From NCBI RefSeq assembly GCF_009834535.1, contig NC_045697.1, positions 77,874,001 to 77,938,000 on the forward strand: DNA of 64,000 nucleotides, given 5' to 3'. The translations under genes were made by a program, and so were the position numbers. Positions 25,595-38,924 of this stretch are shown here, one piece after another (position 1 is the stretch's first letter; each line of letters begins with the position of its first letter). Origin of the DNA: Camelus ferus (Eukaryota). The notes beneath the pieces were generated by a model. The model saw only the letters and a list, made by a program, of their open reading frames with translations, was not told the origin of the DNA and searched no databases.

Positions 25595-26674
25595 GTAAAT
25601 ATCATCAATTGACTTACTTCTTCTTTGAATTAATGCACCACATTAAACGAATACAAGCATAAAGAAACAACAATAAATCTGTTAACTAATGATGTAAATT
25701 TCAGCTAAAAGAAACCTCTTAAATAATTTATTGATGAGTCCAAATCTTTATCTACAATATAATGAGAACTTTTCTACCTTAAGAAACTCTTTTTAGTGAT
25801 TTACCATGACTGACACAATAATAAATACCCATATCCATAGGAGAAGAGTCATATATCCAATCATTGGAAGATTAATGTATAAATTTTTTTCCTTTCTTTC
25901 CCCTCTTCCCCTTTCCTCCCTTCTTTTGTTCCTTTTTTATTCCTTTCTTTTTTTTTAAATATCAGATAATTAAGCCATTGAATTTCTTAAAATGTTATGT
26001 GACAAGCCTGGTTTTTTAAAAGCTGTCATTAAATTAAAGCTATCAATTTTTCAAATCAGCAAGACATCAGAAACTTTAATGACTCCAAATTACCTTTTCT
26101 AAGTTGTAAGTTGTCACTGGGAGCTCAAGGCACTCTATATATGTCTGTAGGCTTCCATCCATCCACTTCCCTGAACAAATTACTTGTAACTTGCCTGTGT
26201 TAAAATTCAGCTGTGACTGTTCAGCTTACTTAAATCAACTGGAAATATATTTCTGTATTCCATCTCCACTGATTTGTCTTTTCCTTTCTTGAAAAATTTT
26301 AGAGTTATATAAAAAGAAGGAGACTTTATCACATGCTCTTTACTACAGATCACTGAAAAAATAATTATTAAGGCAGGTTTTAGCAACTGCCTCAGAAGAA
26401 TCCTGCTTTTTATACTTTTGCTATTGTCTTTGTTTTGTGTTTCAAAATCATTTATCTAACACAAAAGAGACTCTTCTTCGACCTGTCCCACCAAGACCTG
26501 GTTTCAGAACAGCACTTGGCATGGACGTTCACTCGTGGCTTCTCAGGGATAAAAGCATATCACCTATCCTTTATTTACATATGCTCATTTGCTCCTGCAA
26601 AATATTCTAAAATAGTAATTAATTTCCTCTGGCAAGTAAATTTTTACTCTATTTCCAGTAGATTGTTTTCTAAA

Positions 26675-27185
26675 AATGGCTTTATTGATGTATAACTTGC
26701 ATACTATGCAAATCCCCCAATTAAAATGTACAATCCAGTGATTTTTTATTAGATTCACAAATATGTGTAACCATCACCACAGTCAATTTTAGAGCATTTC
26801 AATCACCTCAAAAGGAAACTCCATCCTCTTTAGCTGTCAACTGCTCTCTTCTCCTACACCCCCAGCCCTAAGCAACCACTAATCTACTTTCTGTCAGCAA
26901 AGATTTGACTACTCTGGACATTTCATATAAATGGAATGATACATGTACATCTTGTGACTGGCTTCTTCATTTGGGCTGTGTTTTCAAGTTCATCCATGCC
27001 ATAGCTTGTTTCAGTACTTAATTGCTTTTTATTGTCAAATGATATTCACACCATATTGACATACCGCCTTTCGTTTATCTATTCATCAGCTGATGGGCAT
27101 GTGGATTGTTTCTACCTTTTGGCTGTTATGAATAATGCTGCTATAAATATTTGTGTTCAAGTGTGTTCAAGTTTTTATGTGGATC
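26675..27185 (-). mobile_element. L1MB-like 3' end fragment
   Basis: gctttattgatgtataacttgcatac...ccctaagcaaccactaatctactttctgtc...tgaataatgctgctataaatatttgtgt. Confidence 0.85.
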
Positions 27186-29549
27186 CAGCAGGGTTTTTTC
27201 AGCTTTGTTTTTTTTTTTTACTTTTATTATAAATTATTTTGTGGTTTTTAATTTCACTATAAACTCTCTCAGCTTTGTTATTGTCTAGGTAAGACTCCTT
27301 TCTGTTGCTTTTACAACGAAACTTTCTCTTACTCATTTATGCTAACTTTAATTGATGTGGTCAGCAATTCTCCTGAATTCTTCTAGAATTCCTAGATCAA
27401 TGCCCTTTTGTCTTAATATTTTATATGGGATAACTTTGTGTTTGAGTATTAAGCTCCATCTTTTGTGATCTGTCTTCTGGTTGTTTTCTTAGGAAAACAG
27501 AGAAGACCAAAAAAAAGGACACTTAAAAATGTGCAATCGTACTGGTAAAAGGCATAATGAGGCTGGGATTCCCTTGGGAGGTTTTCAGTGGATTTGGTTT
27601 AAATATTAGTACATATTTTCCCCATTGGTCACCATTGGTTAATTGAGGGTTGGAGGAATGTCTGGAAAGCTGCTTGATTTGTTGTTTACAAATTTAAGAG
27701 CATGAACAATTTATGTACACTAACACAATCTACCCAGCAGTTTCATGAAATGATGTTTCCATAAAAATAAATTTCCCAGATAACTAAAGCTTATTCAAGT
27801 GCTTCGTAAAATAGATTTCAGAAGCAGAGGGCTCTCATAGCAACTCTCTACCCCTCTGTCATCACTTTTAATACATTTTTTTTTTTTGCTATAACTATTG
27901 ACTTTATCTGTCTCTCTCCTCCCCATAGAATATTCCTTGAGGAAATGGGGCTTAATTTTGTGGTTGTTTTGTGGTTGTTCCATAGTTCCAGAAAGTACAT
28001 AGTAACTGTTTACTGAATGAATCAATGAATGAGGAGGTTCTAATGTCCACAGAGCTTTGATGACAAACCTATCTTTATCTTCAACTTCAGATTCATGACT
28101 GGTCACTTAGCCAGAAGCAAACTAGACATCTCCTCTTACTTCAAAGTGCCTGCTCCATTTTTAGGCTATGCAATAAGTTCCTGTTTCCTGTTTGGGGAGA
28201 TCTTCAGCTCCTAGCTCAGAGCACAGATTACCAACACGTCCTGAGTGTACTGAATGGGCAATCAGCTCAGGTTACCAGCCCTAACTCCCTTCTCTCTGTT
28301 TCTTTGGTGATTCATCAGTTAGAAATTTCCCAGGCAATAGCGGGACTTCCCCTAAGGTCTTTTATTTACATCTGTGTTGCACATGATATTTTAGACATGA
28401 AAACAATTAAGCAAGTACTTTATAACAAAAGAAGAGGACCGCTATCTCAGATGCTTCTCTGGCTATTCTAACCCACCCTGGATAATCTCTCCTCAGACTC
28501 TGGATAGTATATTTTATGCTAGTAGTTTCACCAATCCTTATTCCTAGTATAATTCCATAGACTTTAAGCAGCATCATGGTTATTTAAGATTCATATGCTC
28601 ATGCATATGCATATTTATTTTTAAGTAAATTATAAGCCCCTTGAAGACACAAACTGTACATCAGTCTCCTTGTCCTCTGCTCACCCTGCTCCCAACAAGG
28701 TGCCGTGTACATCCTAAGACTTACTGAGAGTTCTAAGTCCTTGCTTAATGAAGGCTTTTCTGCCTGCAGACTGCTGTGCTTCTGGAGGTTGCCTGTATAT
28801 AGTGATGTCTCTATCTTTTAATACCAGCTACTATTTTGGCTATTGTCAGTGCATCTACATTTAGTGGTATACCACCTTTTTGCTTTTAATCTGCTGCTTT
28901 CTAACATTTAGAAGACTTGTAGAGTATTGCATGCTATCAGATAACCAATGTTGCTAAAACATAATATTTTAAAATAGCAATTTCTAAGCACATAGGGTCG
29001 AAAAGAGGGTTTAGGGCTTAGGAGGTGGTATAGACTATGTGATGACTGTTTTAACTCTTTCAGATTTGAGGATGCATTCTAGACGGTTTAGATAACCAGA
29101 TTCTAACTATCATATAAATAAGATACTACTAAAGCTTGATGATAGTTATATTTAAATATTTCATATCAAAATAATGATGAGCAAGTATTTTTGAACTTAA
29201 TAGCAATGAGAAAGAGAGAGAGGGAGAGACTTTCTTCAGTCTCCTGAGTCTCATGGAATATTTGGATTTTGATTGGATCATTATGGATTCAGTTTTGCAG
29301 ATTCAGAAGCTCATTTTGATCAATTCATCCCTGGTCAACCAAGTCTTGGAAGACTTATTCACACAAACCAAACATCTAAGAATGCTAATTGGTTAACTTA
29401 CACAAATAAAAACATACTGGCCAAGGTGAATCAGAATACTCACTTCTGCTAATTAGGTATCTCTTCCAGGAAGAAAGTTTATTTAATAAGGGTAAAGAGA
29501 GAGTTAAGGTAGGTCAGTTATTTTAGAGATGTCATCAAGCTGTGATAGC

Positions 29550-29975
29550 TTTGTATACTGCATTAGCCAGGGGAGTCTGTTCATAGTAGATTCCATTTAG
29601 AGGCTATTAGTAGTAGATGCAATAAAAGTTTCTTATTCATGCAACAATCCAATGCAGGGGTTCCTGACCTGCCTTCTCTCCTAGGTAGCTCACCCCTAAA
29701 TAATGACTTAGAATTCCTGTCTTCTTCCTTCTTATGGCTTCACCCTGCCCCCCCCCCAATCTTGGATTCCTCTACTGGATCTTTTGCATCTGACCAGAAG
29801 ACAGAGGAAGGACCAGTCCTAGAAGTGTATCTACTATTTCTACCTACATTTTATGTCCAGTTGTCAATCATATGTTGCCACCTAACTGCAAGGGAGGCTA
29901 GTAAATATAGTTTAGTTGTGTACTCAGGAAGAAAAGGGAACAGTATGGTAAATAACCAACAGGTCTCTCCACATG
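29550..29975 (-). mobile_element. MaLR LTR (MLT1J-like)
   Basis: gccacctaactgcaagggaggctagtaaatatagtttagttgtgtactcaggaagaaaagggaa...ctctccaca. Confidence 0.65.
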
Positions 29976-31004
29976 ACACTGTTCTCTATAAGAGTAGACC
30001 TATCAAATCATCTGTAACACATGTACCAGCTCAGCTGGGCACCTGCTTCCCTAGGCAGACTAGGGACACACTGACAGATCTTCACTATCAGCTCAACCAC
30101 TGCCAATGATAATCCATCATAAATCACACTGCATTTTTCCCAGATTCCTGCTTATTATATACTACATATTAACCTTCCACCTTTTTTTCAGGGAGATTCT
30201 CTAGGCCACTTGCTGAGATTTAGATAAGACTCGATGATTATTACTAACACAATAATTAATACTTTCTTCATTCACCACTTTTATGCATAAAACTAGCAAG
30301 AAACACAAAACAATTTATCAACTGGTAGAGTACTATGTGGCCACTAAATCTATATCTTCATATATATAAATATAGTGAAATTGCAAGGTGTTTATAATAT
30401 AATTTCAAATGAAAAGGATTACTAACCATTAAAACACTAAGGTTCCACTATATGCTTTGTGTGTTTGTATGTGCATATATATGTAAGATACACGCACACA
30501 CGCACACAGAGAGAAAGATAAAAACAGCATCAACTGGTGGCGAGTAATTTTTATATTCTTCACCATGCTCTTTTTGTATATTCCAAATACATATTTGGAA
30601 TCATAAAGAACATACACTACTGTTATAAACTGAAAAAAACTTAATAGTAAATGGAAAAACAGAAAGCAACATACACCCTTACTTCTATGTGCCACCTGGA
30701 ACAGGCATCAGTATTTTAGTCCTACTTACTTCACTGTGTAACTAAACAACCCAACAGCATTTTGTTGTTGACAACTGTTCTGAGAGTAGCATGAACTTGG
30801 AAAGTCCAGTAACTACTGACTTCCTGGATCTCAGCTTCCTTATCTATAAAGTGAGAAAAATCACAGTAACTCTAGACAGGCTTAACTAGGTATATATAAA
30901 GCACACTAAAATACTGCAGTATTTAGATGGATTGCCAGGAACTTCTCAATGTTATTTATATTTGCTTTGCTATTTATAGAACTGAAGGCATATCCCCTTT
31001 CATA

Positions 31005-31240
31005 ATAATGGAGATAGCTACCATCTGTTGGACACATAACTATGTGACCAACACTTTACCTATGTTATCTTATTTAATCTTCACAACAGCCCTGTGAGGG
31101 ATTTTTATCCCTATTTCCCTAATGGTGAACTGCGATACAGAGAGGTCAAGTGATTTGGCCAAGATCACACAGCTAGTAAGTCATAGAGCAAGGATTGTAT
31201 CCTAGATCTGTCAGACTCAAAAGTTCATGCTCTTTCTCCT
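31005..31240 (-). mobile_element. MIR SINE (an opposite-orientation MIR fragment lies at about 30780-30920)
   Basis: atttaatcttcacaacagccctgtgagg...agagaggtcaagtgatttggccaagatcacacagctagtaagt. Confidence 0.8.
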
Positions 31241-31499
31241 GTAACATATGGCTCCGTACTTAGCAAGAGGCTCTCCTCCTGATACAAACATTCAAAGTGT
31301 ATGGCTGCCAAAAGATTAGCTTCCTTTCAACAACTTGTCCATGGGAGAATGACAAAGAAAGATAAATACTACATGAGTGAGGCAAAGGTTTACAATTTGT
31401 CAAGAACCTACTCTGAAAGTTCCTAAAGAAACTTATTGTCTTGTTGAAGAGTTTACTCATATATTATGAAAAACTACTGTGTCCTGGATATCTTCCAAA

Positions 31500-32900
31500 C
31501 CTTGTGAACACTTCCAAAATTTAAATCATCTTTCCTCCCAAACTGAATCATCTTCCTCTATTCTGCAATGGCAACACCATTACTCATCCAATCATGCAAG
31601 CTATGTTCCCCTCCTCTAACCGTTCACATCAAGTCAGAAAAAGGATGGTGTTGATTTTACTGGTGATGTGTCTCTTGAATATATCACTTTCTTTCTATTT
31701 TCATCTTCTCCACATTAGTGTAAATCCTCATTCTCTCTTGCCCTAGATTATTACAGCACTCTCTACAATCTCCTTCTAATATATCCCCCACACCACCATC
31801 AAAATTATCTTTCTAGAAACAGGCTTGAGAATAGTATTTCTCTGCTTAAAAATCTCCTCTATTTCTACCATCTCTCAGAAGATAGACTTCTTTTTTTTTT
31901 ATTGAAGTATAGTCAGTTTACAATGTTGTGTCAATTTCTAGTGTACAGCACAATAGTTTAGACATACATATACATACATATATTTGTTTTCATATCTTTC
32001 CATTATAGGTTACTACAAGATAGTGAATATAGTTCCCTGTGCTGTACAGCATAAACTTGATGCTTATCTATTTTATATATAGCAGTTAGTATCTGCAAAT
32101 CTTGAACTCCCAATTTATCCCTTTCCATCCCTTTTCCCCTCCACCCCTGTAACCATGTTTGTTTTCTATGTCTGTGAGTCTGTTTCTGTTTTGTAAATAA
32201 GTTCATTTGTCTTTTTTTGATTCCACATATAAGTGATATCATATGATATTTTTATTTCTCTTTCTGACTTACTTCACTTAGAATGACAATCTCCAGGTCC
32301 ATCCATGCTGCAAATGGCATTATTTTATTATTTTTTATGGCTGAGTAGTATTCCATTGTATAAATATACCACAACTTCTTTATCCAGTCATCTGCAGATT
32401 GACATTTAGATTGTTTCCATGTGTTGGCTATCACAAATAGTGCTGTTGTGAACACTGGGGTGCATGTATCTTTTTGAATTAAAGTTCCCTTTGGATATAT
32501 GCCCAGGAGTGGGATTGCTGGATCATATGGTAAGTCTATTTTTAGTTTTTTGAGGAATCTCCATACTGTTTTCCACAACAGCTTCACCAAACTACATCCC
32601 CACCAGCAGTGTAGGAAGGTTCCCTTTTCTCTACCAGTCTCCAGCATTTATTGTTTGCAGACTTTTGAATGATAGTCATTCTGACTGGTATGAGGTGATA
32701 ATTCATTGTAGTTTTGATTTGCATTTCTCTGATAATTAGTGATGTTGAGCACTTTTTCATGTGCCTATAGAAGATGGACTTCTTAACACAGCATGTGGCT
32801 CTTCACACTGAAGCCCCATTTTTAATTCCAGCCTCATCTCCTATTTACCAATATCACTTCCCACACTGTCATTACATTAAACTATTTGGAATTATTTTAA
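31500..32900 (+). mobile_element. L2 fragment split by the younger L1 insertion
   Basis: L2-like text (ctagattattacagcactctc...ctctgcttaaaaatctcc) resumes after the TSD (ttaacacagcatgtggctcttcac...ttccagcctcatctcc). Confidence 0.6.
31891..32768 (-). mobile_element. Younger lineage-specific 5'-truncated L1 (cetartiodactyl/camelid-type 3'UTR) with TSD
   Basis: Poly-T 31891-31900; ORF2 C-terminus open for 131 aa (HCWWGC...DTCTPVF); TSD agaagatagacttctt (31877-31892) / agaagatggacttctt (32769-32784). Confidence 0.92.
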
Positions 32901-33837
32901 TACACTAAGTTTTCCCATAACATTATTCAAATTGTACATTGTCCACGCAAACAAAAGAGTATATGAGTTAAAAAGTACAGGAGTAATGCCAACAAATACT
33001 GGTCATATCAGAGAATAGCTGTTATTTTAAGGGAGTAGCTTTTACTTAAAACATAAGTCTTTGTTCCTTTAATGATGAGCTTCCAAAATCTATGTACTAG
33101 AGTCCTATGTACATTCTGAATGCCTCTTTAGAAAGAAAGCTAATTTGGTAAATCCACTGATGAAAAAAACATTGATGCAATCAGTTGAAATAAGGAAATA
33201 AAAAACTTTACAAAGATAAATTTGGGGGAACAAGGATGAAATGGACTACAAAATCAAGAATGTTGTGTTTGGATTTTAGTTCTATTGCAAGCCTTCTTGA
33301 CATTTTAAAAGGGTTACTGACTCTCAAATCATTGTTCTGCTTAGCAATCGCCATTTCCATCAATTTGAATGTTGATTTTAATAAACAAAGTATTCTTTTA
33401 AATGTTTACATTTTTATCCCCTCCCCAGGCTGCCCCAGTGAACATTCTTTGGGTAATTAATCCATCATGATTAAGAATATATGGATTAACCCCAGAAGGC
33501 ACGGACTTCTCTGTATTTAAGCATTGTTTTCTTTTATTTATTGAAGGACTGACAAGCACAGAATTATTTCATCCATAGGACAAGCTTCTGCCAGTAAGAA
33601 GTATAAGTCACAAATTAAAGGACACTTATTTACATTACTTATTGCTTTCTCAGTGACATGTTAAAGTTAGGCAACTAAATAAGAATTAGGCTTTGGAGCT
33701 TTGGATCCAAATCAAACTTGACTCCTTGAGCTAATATTTCTTTTCTATTCTTTCTTTCCTTACCCTCTGGGTCTAATTTCTCTGTGCTTACAGTATGTGC
33801 AAACATGTTTCTCATTAGTGTTTATTTACTACCACAG

Positions 33838-33974
33838 GAATCGCTTTGAACTCTCCTAATCCTAGTGGAAACGCTTTTCTCAAAATAAACCCAGATCATA
33901 TTGGGTTTTATCGTGTAAATTATGAAGTACCAACTTGGGAACGGATAGCTATCAATCTTTCCAACAACCACCAG
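33838..33974 (+). CDS. ENPEP: ENPEP exon 12 (IALNSPNPSGNAFLKINPDHIGFYRVNYEVPTWERIAINLSNNHQ)
   Basis: ccacag|GA acceptor, CAG|gtaaga donor, 137 nt; GFYRVNY motif. Confidence 0.96.
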
Positions 33975-34086
33975 GTAAGAGTAGCAATGGTTGTGAGTTG
34001 TTTTATTTTTGTTTTAGGAACAGAATCTTAATGATATTAATTTTCAACACGTTTTGTTTCTTACCTCTTTTTCTCCCTCTTTCCAG

Positions 34087-34142
34087 GAATTTTCTTCTGC
34101 TGATCGTGCAGGTCTTATTGATGATGCTTTTGCCTTGGCAAG
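34087..34142 (+). CDS. ENPEP: ENPEP exon 13 (EFSSADRAGLIDDAFALA)
   Basis: ttccag|GAA acceptor, AAG|gtgggt donor, 56 nt. Confidence 0.95.
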
Positions 34143-35267
34143 GTGGGTTTTGGAATGAGATTACGTCGTTCAAAATACTGTGGATTTTGTAATAAGTCGT
34201 TTTTTAAAATGAGTTACAACAAAGTTTAACTATTATAGTTTGAAATAGCCAAAGCCTCAATTTATGACATTATTCTTTCCATTAACTTTCTTAAAACTAA
34301 TATGAGCCTCATAGCTAAAACACTGATACCAGTTCTTAACATGCACAAAAACTCACCTACTCTAGGGACTGACTTTTAGTAGGGTTTGTCTAATCAGTCC
34401 TTGAACTAATTAAGAGTGGCACTTGCAAATGCTCAAAAGTACACCTTCATAATTTGATTTAATAAAAAAACAAACTATATGTTTCATTAACTCAGTTCTG
34501 TGAATCCAAGCCCATTCTAAGATTTTACAGCTAGAGTTGTCAAATCTGGTTCAGATCATTGGGGTAAGAAAAATGAGACACGGCATTCTAGGACTGATCA
34601 AGAATTAAGGTACCCTTTAGGAAATTTGACTTCTTTCCTCATGGCCTGAAGGTAACCTACACTTAGGAAAAAAACAAAACAAAAACAAAAACATAACCTG
34701 CACTTTGAAAAAATAATCAACACAAATTGGGGTAACGTAAGAGTAGTAACCATAGGCCTTTGAGTTTCCCTTTTTTTCCCCAGTAGTCTAACACCAGTAA
34801 TTCAACAGGTATTTTCTGAATTTCTGGCACCTTTGTAGGAGCTAAGGACACAGCTGACTTGCTCTGCTGGCTTTGTAGTGGCCTCACGTTAGACACAAGT
34901 AAAGTACCAAGAATGAGATGCTTCTTCCTCAGGAAGCCTCATGGCCCCTCTGTCTGGGTTAGGTGTCCCTTGTATGAACCCCAGTATTTTTCATAAACAC
35001 CATATTGTCATTGCTTATTAACTATGCATCTCACCCACCAAACTGTAAAGTTTGTGAGGGCAGACACCCAGATCGTGTTCCTATTCCCTTTATCCCCAGC
35101 TCCTAACTGTGCTTGGCCCCCAGTAGACGCTCACTAAACATGAGCTGAATACATGGCTGGAGGGATGGTTTGACAGCACTAGTGGCATGGGAGAACCCTT
35201 TTACAAAGACTCCCTGCATACTATACGGGAAGTCAGAAAACCTTTGTGACATTTTTTTAAGGAGAGA

Positions 35268-35475
35268 ATGTATAGGGTTAAAAGACAGGCTCCTGAACCA
35301 GGTTAAAATCCTGGTTCTGTATAACCTTGAGAAAGTGTCTTAACCTCTCTCTGCTTCAATTTCCTTATTAGGAAAATGGAGATGACCTTATAAGACTCTT
35401 GTGAGGAACAACTGAGACAATGCACATAGAGGACTCAAAACATTGTCTGGCATTAGGAAGTGCTCAATAGATTGT
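35268..35475 (+). mobile_element. MIR SINE
   Basis: accttgagaaagtgtcttaacctctctctgcttcaatttcctt...tgtctggcattaggaagtgctcaata. Confidence 0.75.
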
Positions 35476-36347
35476 ATTAATTGTCCAGAATGCATGCTAC
35501 CATTGATTAGTAGCATCAAAGAACCATTTAGAAAAGCTCTTCTGAGTTTGTAATCTAGATTCCCCTTGTAGGTAATAGACAACCTGATTCTTTTTAGCGA
35601 ATCTCCAAATTTAATCTCCTGCATATATAACAGATTTTATTTCATTATATTAGTTTATCAATCATTCATTTAAGAAATATTTACTGAGCACCTACTCTGT
35701 ACCTGGAACTGTGTAGATACGGGAAATTAAGTGGTAAAATAAGATGATCAATAATTTTAAAACATAAAAGGACCATTTAGATTTGGGGGCAGGGGGTGGG
35801 AAAATCTCCTGCGAATGCATCATGACCTTTTCCAAAGATTAGCATCTTGGATGTTAGAAATTACACAGAGCTGTAATATTTTTATAGTTTAATTTCCATC
35901 AAAACACAATGGCAGACAGTTCTTTTGCTTTAAGAAGTGAAAACCTCTTGAAAAGCTTTCTCTGAGGAACTGTGTATACAGCAGATAACTCACACAATTT
36001 AATGACTTGCTCGCATTTGCTCAGCCCGTTGGTCATAGACTTATAAAATTTTGAAGAGCTTCAGAAAGGAAGAAAATGCAACAAATCCGAAAACCAAAGC
36101 ACATGTAACATCACACAGCAACCAATCCAGAAAATACCTGAGCTGTCACCTGCAGTATCACCTGAGCTATTAAGTTATCACCTAGTTCCCTTCAGCAACT
36201 TCTTAAGTTGGGGGAAAGGGACTCAGAGAGAAACAGACCTCACCTGTGTTAGTTGGGGGGGAAACAAAGCAGAAATGTAGTTAGATAGGTAAGTGCCTGT
36301 GGTTGAATCAGAATTTACACAGTTCTACTCTGTTATTCAAAAAGAAA

Positions 36348-37469
36348 TGTAACTATTATGTTTCATCAGCAAGACTAAAAGGACAGATCTAAAAATAAAT
36401 ATATTCTTGATTCCCCTGTCCCCAAACTTGAGGAGATGGTACTCTTACTGCCCGGGATGGAGTATCCAGCTGGGCACATTTGTTGAAGATAAGGAGTAAA
36501 AATTCATCCAGTCATTTTGAGTCCCCCAAGCAGTCTCAGTTCAATTATATGCCCTCCCTGGTAAAACCCTCAAAGTTTACAGCTTCCTTTAAAGTTTCTC
36601 CCAGCCCCCGGCTCAGGCTAGTTTCAGGCCAGCCACCTGCAAGGGAGCAAAGTGCTTGATTTCCTTTCCCTTTTGCTGTGTGGAACTTGTACTTCTTGCT
36701 GTGCTGCCTCTGATTCCTCCAGAGTGTTAAGGCCAGGAGGGCAGGTGAGGGGAAGAAAGATCCTGACATGCTGTCTACTTTTGGCCCTCTCTGAACTTTG
36801 TAGATGTTTAGCACGGATTCTTTTCCTTGTGTGATGCTTTCACGGTTTATGGGCCATCACCCATTCCATTGCCAAGGATCTTTCTCCTGCAGTCTCTTTG
36901 AAGTGAGGAAGTGAAAACCTTTGAACCATATCTGGTCCATAGGAAGTATTCATATATTCTTTCCCTGATAAAGTCTGGAAGGATGGACTACCTCATGCAG
37001 TCCTGTCTCTTTATTCTGAGGTCAGGGCAGCAGCCAGCCATAGTCTTTCATCCTTTAGATTTCTTGGGGTATCAGACGCCAGACCATTGTGCCCCCAAGC
37101 TCCAGGATACAACACAGACAAAACTCTTCAAGTGGTCCCATTAAAGCCCCCTTTCTAGGCTTGATGTGAAAGAAAAAGCATCCTACACCCCGCCACCCAC
37201 TGTCCCACGAGAGGAGAGCATGTCACAGTACCCTGACAGTGGTCTCCAAAAGCCCTCTTCTAAAATGTCTTCCTCTCCCCGTCAGCCTCTCCAATCTTTT
37301 TAATAGGCTGGTGGTGGGTTATCAGCCAGGGGCCACAAAATCCTGTTCCTGACCATGTTAGTCCTGATTTGGTTGGAGGGCCTGCACTTTGGAGTGTTTG
37401 CCAAGGCTCCTGGTTTGGGGGCCTCGCCAGAACTAAGACTGAAAAAAACCTTTTTGTTCACCTGTTACA
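36348..37469. mobile_element. Possible ancient Gypsy-type solo LTR (MamGypLTR-like)
   Basis: About 1.1-kb GC-richer block bounded by inverted termini TGTAAC...GTTACA; no TSD seen; family assignment tentative. Confidence 0.4.
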
Positions 37470-38535
37470 GTAGTTTTTCTCCTTTTCAATAGCTTATATT
37501 GTGCTCTGCAGCCCACTGTGTGCCAAAGCCAGGAGAAGGGTGAGGAATAACATAAAGGAAAGCAGAGAGTGCTGGCTAGCAAGCCTATGGATAGGGGCAG
37601 GAGTCTCTGAGTGAGGGGGGAATGGCAGAGAAGATGGCTTAAAAGGTCACCTATGCTAACTGTCCAAACAGACCATTCGGCAAGGCTTCAAGGAGCAGTA
37701 GCTCCAGTGATACCGAAGGTGAGGGCCAGGGCTGGAATAAAGAGCAGCAAGTGAACATCAGCCACACCACGATCATAGACCTCTAGGCACACCAGATTTA
37801 CCATTTTATAGGTGTTTATGGATCTGACCAGAGCACGATGCAGAACTGAATAAGCAACTTTTCCTATCCCCTTGTGGACTGCCTTTTAAAAGAAGGGAGA
37901 AGTAGAGGAATGGGAGAAGACTCCAAAATGGACCTAGTTCATTGCAAGGAGACTGTTTTAAGCCAGAAATCTGAATTTAATTAGCAACTTAACATCAAGA
38001 AACCAGACACAAGGGAACTTTTCAACACTCTCCATACCACCTGGAGGCTTTGCTGAAGAACGTGAGACCATGGGGTCAGTTCCATCCACCTAGCCGCCTC
38101 TCTCAACCATTTCTAATGTCCCATTCAAAAGCCATGTTTGATAAGACACTATGCTTAACTCAGGCTTCTTTGATAAGGACTGTGCAGTCTTTCCAGGTCA
38201 CACCAGGAAAGCAAAAATAACCCTTTTGCTTTAAGATGCGCTAACTTTTTGGATGTCTCAGCTCAAGATAGGGGAGCAAGAATTCCCACATAAGACCTCT
38301 TTTGTTTTCTTCTTCATAGAGTTTTGTGGGAACTTGCTTTAAGTTATAGCCTCCATCCTCTCTACACTATGGATTATAGGACAATTCTAGGATTTAAGTC
38401 CCTCCAGCTGGACTGTTACTATAAATGGAAGATTACTGAATAAGGAAAATTCTCAACCAAGCCTCGCTTTCAGAGCAGATATTTGTCTATGGACTTAACA
38501 AATGGAGTTCGGGACTCAAAGCTGAGAAAGAATAC

Positions 38536-38910
38536 TGTCTTAGGTTGAGTTCCATCTAAGCAGAGTCCAAAATGGAGGTTGCTGTATGTGTGGTTTGTTG
38601 AGAAGAGTACTCTCATGAGACAGGAAGTGCGAGAAGCAGGATGGGACATGGAACAGAAGGAAAAAGCTGAGCAACAACATGGTCTCAGCTGGAGTCCAGC
38701 ATTGCCAGATTCCACTAGGAAGCCATCCACGGAACTTGAGGGAAGTAGGCTGGCAATCACGTTCCTTAATCAGACAACTAACGGCCAGGGGTGGAGGTTG
38801 CATAACCTTTTAAGCAAGATGGATGTATTTGGTCAAGGGCTACTCTCTGAAGAAGGCGCAGCTGTGAGCCAACACAGCATGGCAAGGGGATCTGGGAAGG
38901 GCACTATAGA
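38536..38910 (-). mobile_element. ERVL LTR16A-like solo LTR
   Basis: tgtcttaggttgagttccatctaagcagag...atggtctcagctggag...ggggatctgggaagggcac. Confidence 0.75.
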
Positions 38911-38924
38911 TGTCTTTGTTCTGC

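Noticed and set aside
28601..28612. Perfect 12-bp palindrome ATGCATATGCAT
   Set aside because: Low-complexity and expected by chance in an AT-rich 64-kb window.
29639..30109. 156-aa ORF
   Set aside because: Overlaps an MLT1 LTR remnant and has no coding features.
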